Of a DNA stretch of 64,000 nucleotides, positions 18,046 through 25,404 are shown piece by piece (position 1 is the first letter of the stretch; the number at the start of each line of letters is the position of its first letter). The stretch covers positions 2,875 through 66,874 of the forward strand of contig VXXM01000041.1 in NCBI GenBank assembly GCA_009835395.1. Reading direction: 5' to 3'. Position numbers and translations under genes: made by a program. Under the pieces are notes generated by a model. That model did not search any database. It saw nothing but the letters and a program-made list of their open reading frames with translations, and was not told the DNA's origin. This stretch comes from Acidimicrobiia bacterium (lineage in GTDB: Bacteria > Actinomycetota > Acidimicrobiia > Acidimicrobiales > CATQHL01).

Positions 18046-18851
18046 GCAGTGGCGAGCCGCTCCTGGAGATCAGGGATCTCGACGTCGCCTTCGGGGGCCT
18101 GAAGGCCGTGAACGGCTTGAACATCCAGGTCTATGAGGGCGAGATCGTCTCGGTCATCGGGCCCAACGGCGCCGGCAAGACGACGCTGTTCAACGCCATC
18201 TCCGCCATGGTGCCCGTCACCGCCGGCGACATCCTCTTCGAGGGTTCGTCGCTGCTGGGCCTCGACCCCAACCAGGTGACCTCCCGGGGCATCGCCCGCA
18301 CCTTCCAGAACGTGCGGCTGTTCACCAACATGACCATCCTCGAGAACGTCATGGTGGCCCAGCACTGCCGCACCAAGCGGGGTGCCTGGGGGGCGCTGTT
18401 CTACACCCGGGCCTTCCGGAGCGAGGAGGCCGAGATCAGAGCCTGGGGGGAGAAGGTCCTCGGCTTCTTCGGCAGCCGCCTCGTGGGATTCCGGCTCAAC
18501 CAGCCCGCCTCGGTGCTGTCCTACGCCAACCGCCGCCGTCTGGAGATCGCCCGGGCCATGGCCACGCGGCCCAAGCTGCTCCTCCTCGACGAGCCGGTGG
18601 CCGGCATGAACCCCGTGGAGTCCGCCGAGCTGACCCGGCTGATCGGCCGGCTGCGGGACGAGTGGGGCTTCGCCATCGTGTTCATCGAGCACGACATGTC
18701 GGTGGTGCGGGACGTGTCCGACCGGGTCATCGTCCTGAACCACGGCGAACTGCTCACCGAGGGCCTCTACGCCGACGTCTCGATGGACCCCCGGGTGATC
18801 GAGGCCTACCTGGGCCAGGACACCATCATCGAGGATGCGATCACATCATGA
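18042..18851 (+). CDS. livG: branched-chain amino-acid ABC ATPase (LivG type)
   Basis: Walker A GPNGAGKTT, signature LSYANRRRLEIARA, Walker B LLLLDEP, and IEHDM. ATGA overlap with livM. Confidence 0.9.
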   Translation: MSSGEPLLEIRDLDVAFGGLKAVNGLNIQVYEGEIVSVIGPNGAGKTTLFNAISAMVPVTAGDILFEGSSLLGLDPNQVTSRGIARTFQNVRLFTNMTILENVMVAQHCRTKRGAWGALFYTRAFRSEEAEIRAWGEKVLGFFGSRLVGFRLNQPASVLSYANRRRLEIARAMATRPKLLLLDEPVAGMNPVESAELTRLIGRLRDEWGFAIVFIEHDMSVVRDVSDRVIVLNHGELLTEGLYADVSMDPRVIEAYLGQDTIIEDAITS

Positions 18852-19582
18852 GCGACCCGGACGCCGCCACCCCGCTGCTGGAGATGCGCCAGGTCAACAC
18901 GCACTACGGAGCGGTGCACGCCCTCAAGGACGTGAACCTGGCGATCTACGCCGGCGAGATGGTCTGCCTGCTCGGCGGCAACGCCAGCGGCAAGTCCACC
19001 ACCCTCAAGACCCTGCTGGGCATGGTGAAACCCACCACCGGGCAGGTGGTGCTGGACGGCGAGGTGGTGAACGACCGCTCCACCGCCTACCGGGTCGAGC
19101 GGGGGGTGACCATGGTCCCGGAGAACCGCCGGCTGTTCCAGCGGCTCACCGTCCGGGAGAACCTGCAGCTCGGGGCCTACCTGCGCAACGACTCCGACGG
19201 CATCGCCTCGGACATGGAGTGGGTGTTCGAACTGTTCCCCCGCGTCAAGGAGCGCCTCAGCCAGAAGTCCGGAACGCTCTCGGGCGGCGAGCAGCAGATG
19301 GTGGCGATCGGCCGGGCGCTGATGTCCCGGCCCAAGGTGCTGCTGATGGACGAGCCCTCGATGGGGCTGGCTCCGGCCCTGGTGAAGCAGAACTTCGAGC
19401 TCATCGAGCAGATCCATGAGGCGGGGCTGACGATCTTCATGGTCGAGCAGAACGCCAACATGGCGCTCTCCATCGCCGACCGCGGCTGGGTGCTGCAGAC
19501 CGGCCGCGTGGTCCTCGACGACACCGCCCAGAACCTCCTCAACCACCCAGACCTGCGAGCCTCCTACCTCGGCGAGGCTTAG
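18848..19582 (+). CDS. livF: branched-chain amino-acid ABC ATPase (LivF type)
   Basis: GGNASGKSTTL, LSGGEQQMVAIGRAL, VLLMDEPSMGLAP. ATG 18848 overlaps the livG stop. Confidence 0.9.
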   Translation: MSDPDAATPLLEMRQVNTHYGAVHALKDVNLAIYAGEMVCLLGGNASGKSTTLKTLLGMVKPTTGQVVLDGEVVNDRSTAYRVERGVTMVPENRRLFQRLTVRENLQLGAYLRNDSDGIASDMEWVFELFPRVKERLSQKSGTLSGGEQQMVAIGRALMSRPKVLLMDEPSMGLAPALVKQNFELIEQIHEAGLTIFMVEQNANMALSIADRGWVLQTGRVVLDDTAQNLLNHPDLRASYLGEA

Positions 19583-19603
19583 CCCGCGGCCTGTCCGGTC
19601 GGG

Positions 19604-20488
19604 TCAGGACTGCTCGCGGAGGAACTTCTCGACTTCCTGGACGAGGCGCTCGGGGTCGTCCGGGTCGACGTCGGGGCTGTTGTCGAAGGCCTGCTCGAGC
19701 TCGGCGACGTAGGTCTGGGCGTCGTCGTCACTGCTGACGAGTTCGTCCACCTCCTGCTCGTACACCAGCGACTGGTGATGCAGGTCACCCGTCTCCACGT
19801 CGGTGCCCAACAGTCCGGCGACCTGCTCGGTGAGCGCCAGGGTTGCCTTGGGCGACGGGTTGCCTGCCGCGTAGGCGGGCACCGACGCCCACAGCGATGC
19901 CGAGGCGACGCCCGCCCGGCGGCAGGCCACGCCCAGCACGCCGACGATGCCGGTGGGGCCCTCGTAGCTCGAACTGCGCAACTGCAGGCGCTCGGCCAGC
20001 TGCGCATCGTCGGTGGAGCCGTAGATCGACACCGGGCGGGTGTGCGGCACGTCGGCCAGCAGCGCCCCGAGGGTCACGACGAGCCGTGCCTGGAGGTGCG
20101 TGGCGACACCCAGCACGTGCCGGCAGAACGACCCCCAGCGGAAGTGCGGCTCGATCCCCTCGAGGATGATCACGTCGGTCTCGCTGCCGGGCACGCGGCC
20201 GGCCGAGAAGCGGTTCGTGGGCCAGGTGAGCCGCCGCAGGCCGTCCTCGTCCAGATGCACCAGCGGGCGGGCAACGGTGAAGTCGAAGAACTCCTCGGGG
20301 TCCAACTCGGCGAAGGCAGTGGTGCGCCACTGCTGCGCCAGGTGCTTGGCTGCGCTGGTGGCTGCGTCGCCGGCGTCGTTCCAGCCGCGGAAGGCGGCCA
20401 GCACCACGGGCCGCTCGAGGCGCGGGCGCCTCGTCCACCGGACTTCGGCGAGATCGGGTGTGGGTGACTGCGGCAGCGACTCGTCCAC
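19604..20488 (-). CDS. PAC2 (proteasome assembly chaperone 2-like) family protein
   Basis: VVLAAFRGWNDAGDAATSA...FDFTVARP...VIILEGIEPHFRW..., the typical actinobacterial PAC2 pattern. The exact start is uncertain. Confidence 0.7.
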   Translation of the reverse strand: MDESLPQSPTPDLAEVRWTRRPRLERPVVLAAFRGWNDAGDAATSAAKHLAQQWRTTAFAELDPEEFFDFTVARPLVHLDEDGLRRLTWPTNRFSAGRVPGSETDVIILEGIEPHFRWGSFCRHVLGVATHLQARLVVTLGALLADVPHTRPVSIYGSTDDAQLAERLQLRSSSYEGPTGIVGVLGVACRRAGVASASLWASVPAYAAGNPSPKATLALTEQVAGLLGTDVETGDLHHQSLVYEQEVDELVSSDDDAQTYVAELEQAFDNSPDVDPDDPERLVQEVEKFLREQS

Positions 20489-20562
20489 GGGCGAGACCCT
20501 ACCGCCGACCGGGCCGCCCGCAGAATCCGCCGCCTCCGGCGCCCCTCTCTCGTTTCCCGACC

Positions 20563-20589
20563 GTCATTCCGGCGGAGGCCGGAATCCAG
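20563..20589. repeat. 27-nt REP-like hairpin element GTCATTCCGGCG(G/C)AGGCCGGAATCCAG, copy 1
   Basis: 8-bp stem ATTCCGGC/GCCGGAAT with a 4-nt loop. It differs from 59386-59412 at one base. It lies in the divergent PAC2/GNAT intergenic region. Confidence 0.75.
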
Positions 20590-20636
20590 CCGGTCGGGTG
20601 CCCGGTGATCAGGAGGTTCGGACCTATCCTCGGAGT

Positions 20637-21086
20637 GTGGCACTGCGGGGCTTGGAGATCTACGAGGCCGGCGTGTGTGACGGCGAGGTGGTGGCGGCCG
20701 TGCAGGGGTTGGTGCCGCAGCTCTCGACGTCGGCCGCAGTGCCGTCGCCCGCCGAGGTGGCCGAGCTGTGCGAGGCGGAGGCGACGGTGTTGCTGCTGGC
20801 GCGGCTCGACGGGGCCATCGTGGGGATGCTCGTGCTGGTGCTGTTCCGGCTGCCGACGGGAATGCGGGCATGGATCGAGGACGTCGTGGTGGAGGACACG
20901 GTCCGGGGCCGAGGGGTGGGGGAGGCGCTCACCCGCGAGGCTCTGCAGCGTGCCACCTCGGCCGGCGCGGTGACAGTCGACCTCACCTCGCGCCCCAGCC
21001 GGGCCGCGGCGGTGCGTCTCTACGAGCGCATGGGCTTCGAGCGTCGCGAGACCGGCGTCTACCGGTGGCGCGGCGCTGCGGGATGA
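20637..21086 (+). CDS. GNAT family N-acetyltransferase
   Basis: IEDVVVEDTVRGRGVGEALTREAL..AGAVTVDLTSRPSRAAAVRLYERMGFE (acetyl-CoA-binding R/Q-x-x-G-x-G/A motif). GTG start chosen. Confidence 0.75.
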   Translation: MALRGLEIYEAGVCDGEVVAAVQGLVPQLSTSAAVPSPAEVAELCEAEATVLLLARLDGAIVGMLVLVLFRLPTGMRAWIEDVVVEDTVRGRGVGEALTREALQRATSAGAVTVDLTSRPSRAAAVRLYERMGFERRETGVYRWRGAAG

Positions 21087-21096
21087 GCGCTGCGGG

Positions 21097-21600
21097 ATGA
21101 ACGCTGCAGCGGGTCTGCGGTCCGAGATCCTCGGGGCCCTCGACGTGGTCCGGGAGCGCTGGCCCGCGGTGTACCGGCTGCTGCGCTACAGCGCGGCGAG
21201 CTGCTTCCTGGCGCCGCTGACGCTCCTGCTGCTGTACCTGCTGCACAGCGTGGCGGGTTGGGAGGCCTGGCACGCCAACCTGCTGTCGGTGAGCGTCGGC
21301 GCGGTGCCGGCGTACCTCATCGACCGGTACTGGGTGTGGAGTCGCAGCGGGCGCAACCGCCTCTGGGGCGAGATCGTGCCGTTCTGGCTGATCACCGTCG
21401 TCGGCGCGGCGGTGTCGACCGTGGGGGTCAACGCCGCCAGCCGCTGGGACAACTCGGGGCTGATCGTGCTCGTGAACTTCGGTACCTACGCGGTGCTGTG
21501 GCTGGTGAAGTTCTTCGTTCTGGACCGCTACCTGTGGCCGAGTAGGCGGGCGCCGTCGGAGGACGAGGTTCGCCGGCCGGCGGGCGCGGCCGGCGCCTGA
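21097..21600 (+). CDS. GtrA-family membrane protein (polyprenol-linked sugar translocation family)
   Basis: Four hydrophobic segments. LLRYSAASCFLAPLTLLLLYLL...NLLSVSVGAVPAYLIDRYWVW...LWLVKFFVLDRYLW matches the GtrA-like pattern. Confidence 0.7.
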   Translation: MNAAAGLRSEILGALDVVRERWPAVYRLLRYSAASCFLAPLTLLLLYLLHSVAGWEAWHANLLSVSVGAVPAYLIDRYWVWSRSGRNRLWGEIVPFWLITVVGAAVSTVGVNAASRWDNSGLIVLVNFGTYAVLWLVKFFVLDRYLWPSRRAPSEDEVRRPAGAAGA

Positions 21601-21613
21601 GCCGGGGTCGCGG

Positions 21614-22231
21614 GTGGATCCCCGGCGGCGGGCGCTCGCCGAGGCGGCCCGCGGCTTCATGCCCGTCGACGAGGGGCTCGCCCTCTACGAGGCGGCCATG
21701 GCGGCACCCGAGGGCCCGTTCCTGGAGGTGGGCAGCTACTGCGGGCGCTCGGCGCTGTTCATCGGGGCCGCCGCCGCCGAGCGGGGCGCAGTGCTGTTCG
21801 CCGTGGACCACCACCGCGGCTCGGAGGAGAACCAGCCCGGCTGGGAATGGCACGAGCCCGACCTGGTGGATCCCCACAGCGGTCTGATCGACACACTCCC
21901 GTACTTCCGCCGCAACGTGTCCGACGCCGGGCTGGAGGATCACGTCGTCGCCGTGGTCGGCGACTCGCCCCGGCTGGCGGCGCTCTGGGGTACACCGCTG
22001 GCCTTCCTGTTCATCGACGGCGGGCACGGCGCCGCCGCGGCCCACGCCGACTACGAGGGCTGGGCGCCGCACGTCGTGCCCGGCGGGACCCTGGCCATCC
22101 ACGACGTATTCCCCGACCCCGCCGACGGTGGCCGTCCCCCGTACGAGATCTACCTCCGGGCGCTGGCCTCCGGCGACTTCACCGAGACCGGCCGCACCGG
22201 CTCACTGCGGGTGCTGCGCCGCACCGGCTGA
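21614..22231 (+). CDS. class I SAM-dependent methyltransferase (Methyltransf_24/O-MT-like)
   Basis: LEVGSYCGRSALFIG...AVDHHRGSEE...FLFIDGGHG...PGGTLAIHDV. Confidence 0.65.
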   Translation: MDPRRRALAEAARGFMPVDEGLALYEAAMAAPEGPFLEVGSYCGRSALFIGAAAAERGAVLFAVDHHRGSEENQPGWEWHEPDLVDPHSGLIDTLPYFRRNVSDAGLEDHVVAVVGDSPRLAALWGTPLAFLFIDGGHGAAAAHADYEGWAPHVVPGGTLAIHDVFPDPADGGRPPYEIYLRALASGDFTETGRTGSLRVLRRTG

Positions 22232-24085
22232 CGGCCCGCCCCGCGCCGGTACTGCCGGATCGCCGCGGCGGGTGAACAATCCCGACGCCGCCGTGGCGCC
22301 GGTCAGGGCGTCGGCGGCCAGCAACTGGGCCGCGGCGCTGTAGCTGGCCTTCTCGCCGGCGGGGAAGCGGTGCTCCTGGGGCAGCACCGTGCCGGTCCAG
22401 TAGCGCCCGTCGCTGTCCCGCTGGCGCTGCGACCAGCCGAACAGGTCCCAGGCCTCGGCACCGAGACCAGCGGCGAGGCACGCCAGGGTGCATTCGGCGG
22501 TCTCGGCGGGCGTCACCCAGTCGCGGTCGGCCACGCAGCGAACCCCCCAGCCCTCCAGCACGAAGTCGTCCCACCGGTCCAGCAGCCGGCGGCGGGCATC
22601 GTCTCCTTCGAGGATCCCCGCCAGCACCGGGTAGTACCAGTCCATCGCGAAACGGTCCTTGGGGGCGAAGGCGTCCGGAGCCCGGCTGATCACGCCGGCG
22701 AGGCGGGCGGCGCCCGTCTCCCAGCGCGGTCGCTCGTGGCCGAGTTCGGCAGCGATGGCCAGCGCCGACCGCAGGCTGTGGTGGATGCTGCTCGAGCTCG
22801 AGAGCAGCGCGAACGGCCACGGCGTGCCGTCGGCGTGGCGCGCCCAGAGGATCTCGCCACGCGGTTGCTGCAGGTCCAGGGTGAATCCCACCGCCCGCTC
22901 CACGACTCGCCACATGGCCTCCAGGAAGCCGCGGTCGCGGGTCATCAGGTAGTGGTGCCAGACGCCGCATGCCACGTACGCCGTGCAGTTGGCGTCCAGC
23001 TTGTGCTCCTCCACGCCGTCGGCCGTGTAGTAGCGGTGCCAGGCTCCGTCACGACGCTGCGTGGCCGCCAGGAAGTCGTAGGCCCGCTCGGCCGCCGCGT
23101 GGTACCCGGTGACGTCGAGGGCCATGGCGCACTCGACGTGGTTCCACGGGTCGGCGTGGCCGCCGGGGAACCAGAGGATGAGCCCCGAGTCCAGTTGCCA
23201 CTCGACGATGCCCTCGGCGGTGGCGGTCACGTCGCCGCGGCTCAGCAGCCCCGGGACCTCGCGCACGTAGGTGGCGGTCGCGCCGGGGGTCTCGCCGCCG
23301 GCCGGCGCCCGCTGCCGGATGCGCCGGTTGACCCGCGCCGCAGCACCTGGCGCACCGCCTCCCGCGCCCCGGTCCTTGACGGCGTACAGCACGACGCTCT
23401 TGCCGAGGAGCGGGCGCAGCAGGCGCTCGGCCACCCTGGCGATGAGCGGTCGACGCTCGATCTCCCAGCACAGCAGGCGGTGGTAGGCGCGCACGAGGCG
23501 GTGGTCGTCGTTGTTCGGGCCGACGGCGCAGCGCAGCCACCAGTAGGGGGAGTGCAGGGCGTGCGCCCGGTGCCGGCCCAGCGGCAGCAAGCCTGCCCCG
23601 CGCAGCAGTGCCCGCAGGCGGCGCAGCGTGTAGATGCGGATGTGCCCGCCAACCACCGCCGGGGCGTGGTACTCCTCCGAGAGCAGCCAACACAGCTTCT
23701 CGGGCAGCCAGGACGGCACGGTCACCGCCAGCACCCCGCCCGGTCGCAGCACGCGGGCCAACTCCGCCAACGCCGCGCCGTCGTCGTCGACGTGCTCGAG
23801 GACCTCTGCGGCGATGATCCGGTCGAAGCCGCCGTCTGCGAAGGGCAGGCGCCGCGCATCGGCGCCGACGGTGGTTGCGACGGCGCCGGCCGGCATCTCC
23901 CCGGCGTCGCGCATGGCGGCGACCATGTCGCGTACCTCCGCCAGTTCGGTGCGCCCCAGATCGCAGGCCACCACCTCGGCGCCGCGGCGCAGCGCGCCGA
24001 AGGCGTGGCGCCCGGAGCCGCAGCCCAGATCCAGGACCTTGTGACCGGGCGCGAGCTCGAGGCGGCGGTAGTCGACGGTGTCCAC
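22202..24085 (-). CDS. fusion protein: N-terminal class I SAM methyltransferase plus C-terminal prenyltransferase/terpenoid-cyclase-like alpha/alpha-toroid domain
   Basis: The N-terminus has VLDLGCGSGRHAF...VVACDL...RLPFADGGFDRIIAAEVLEHV (Methyltransf_11). The C-terminus has several QW-like motifs (ATQRRDGAWHRYY, RHADGTPWPF, SQRQRDSDGRYWTG). GTG 24085 lies 2 nt after the upstream stop. Confidence 0.7.
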   Translation of the reverse strand: MDTVDYRRLELAPGHKVLDLGCGSGRHAFGALRRGAEVVACDLGRTELAEVRDMVAAMRDAGEMPAGAVATTVGADARRLPFADGGFDRIIAAEVLEHVDDDGAALAELARVLRPGGVLAVTVPSWLPEKLCWLLSEEYHAPAVVGGHIRIYTLRRLRALLRGAGLLPLGRHRAHALHSPYWWLRCAVGPNNDDHRLVRAYHRLLCWEIERRPLIARVAERLLRPLLGKSVVLYAVKDRGAGGGAPGAAARVNRRIRQRAPAGGETPGATATYVREVPGLLSRGDVTATAEGIVEWQLDSGLILWFPGGHADPWNHVECAMALDVTGYHAAAERAYDFLAATQRRDGAWHRYYTADGVEEHKLDANCTAYVACGVWHHYLMTRDRGFLEAMWRVVERAVGFTLDLQQPRGEILWARHADGTPWPFALLSSSSSIHHSLRSALAIAAELGHERPRWETGAARLAGVISRAPDAFAPKDRFAMDWYYPVLAGILEGDDARRRLLDRWDDFVLEGWGVRCVADRDWVTPAETAECTLACLAAGLGAEAWDLFGWSQRQRDSDGRYWTGTVLPQEHRFPAGEKASYSAAAQLLAADALTGATAASGLFTRRGDPAVPARGGPSAGAAQHPQ

Positions 24086-24087
24086 GA

Positions 24088-25404
24088 TCAGCGCGCCGGG
24101 CGGCGGCCCGCACCGGCCAGCAGGATGCGGTACTGCTCCACGGTGCGTTCGGCGGTGTGGCGCCAACTCCAGTTGTCGAGCACCCGGCGGCGTCCTCCCT
24201 GGCCCAGCCGCCGACCGAGGTCGGGGTCGTCGAGGACCCTCCGCAGCGCGCCCGCCAGCGACGGGGCGTCACCCGGCGGCACCAGCAGAGCGGCCTCCCC
24301 GTCGGGGCCCACGACCTCCGGCAGGGCGCCGCCGGTGGTGGTCACCAGCGGGACGGCGCAGCTCATGGCCTCGATGGCCGGCAGCGAGAACCCCTCGTAC
24401 AGGGACGGCACCACCGCGACGGAGGCCTCGGCGTACAGATTCACGATGTCCGCCTCGCTGAGGTCCGACACGAACCGCACGGCGTCGCTGAGACCCATCA
24501 GCCGGATCGTCTCGAGGGTCGCGCTGTCGGCGCGCGGCCGGCCGATGACCGTGAGGGTCACCTTCCGCCCACCCTCGCGGAGTATGGAGAGCGCTTCCAG
24601 CAGATACGCCATCCCCTTCATCGCCACGTCCGCCGAGGCGGTCGTGACGAGCCGCGCGTCCTCACGCAGCACGCCGGGAAGCGGTCGGAAGACTTCGGGA
24701 TCGACGCCCACCGGCACCACGTTGATCCGCTCGGGCGGCACGCGGTGATCTCGGACGATGTCGGTCATGGAGGACTCCGACACCGTCAGCACCCGCGGCA
24801 GACGCTTGGCCACACGGGTCTGCATCCTCGTGAAGGAGTACCAGCGCTTCTTGCCGAAGCGCTCCTGGCGGGTCTTGGCCTGGGCCATCTCCAGGCGGCG
24901 GTCGACGGTTATCGGATGGTGGATCGTGGCGATGATCGGCAGCCCGGCCCGCTGCACGGCCAGCAGCCCGTAACCCAGGGACTGGTTGTCGTGCACCAGG
25001 TCGAAGTCCTCGGCGCGCCGGCGCAGTTCCTGCCACGCCCGCACGCTGAACGCCAGCGGCTCGGAGAACACCCCCAACCGGGTGGCCCAGACCTCGAGGC
25101 GGTCGGCCGCCGTCTTGATCTCCCAGAAGGCGGGTCGCCGGCCGGGGAAGTGGTCGTTGAAGATGTCCAGACTCGGGAGCTGCCACAGCGGCACCCGCCC
25201 GTCGAGCTCCGGATACGGCTGGCCGGAGAACACCTCGACGTGGTGGCCGAGGTCCACCAGCGCCCTGCTGAGCTGCCGTGTGTACACCCCCTGGCCGCCG
25301 CAGTGGGGCTTGCCGCGGTAGGTGAGCAGCGCGATCCGCAGGGGGTCGCCGTCGGGGTGGCGGGAAGTGGCTGCCGGGAGTGTGGCGTCGGGTGCGAGGG
25401 TCAA
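24088..25404 (-). CDS. GT-B fold glycosyltransferase (GT4-like)
   Basis: IALLTYRGKPHCGGQGVYTRQLSRALVDLGHHVEVFSG...VTTASADVAMKG...; E-x7-E motif (EGFSLPAIE). TTG 25404 overlaps the upstream stop (TTGA). The part of the 709-aa ORF upstream of it overlaps the Lnt-like gene. Confidence 0.75.
   Translation of the reverse strand: MTLAPDATLPAATSRHPDGDPLRIALLTYRGKPHCGGQGVYTRQLSRALVDLGHHVEVFSGQPYPELDGRVPLWQLPSLDIFNDHFPGRRPAFWEIKTAADRLEVWATRLGVFSEPLAFSVRAWQELRRRAEDFDLVHDNQSLGYGLLAVQRAGLPIIATIHHPITVDRRLEMAQAKTRQERFGKKRWYSFTRMQTRVAKRLPRVLTVSESSMTDIVRDHRVPPERINVVPVGVDPEVFRPLPGVLREDARLVTTASADVAMKGMAYLLEALSILREGGRKVTLTVIGRPRADSATLETIRLMGLSDAVRFVSDLSEADIVNLYAEASVAVVPSLYEGFSLPAIEAMSCAVPLVTTTGGALPEVVGPDGEAALLVPPGDAPSLAGALRRVLDDPDLGRRLGQGGRRRVLDNWSWRHTAERTVEQYRILLAGAGRRPAR

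Noticed and set aside
22370-24748. 792-aa plus-strand ORF, plus similar long ORFs (for example 46086-47861 minus, 52372-54693 minus, 31003-32814 minus and 50883-52943 minus)
   Set aside because: All are antisense or out of frame relative to genes with strong family motifs. Their composition is low-complexity Arg/Pro/Gly/Ala.
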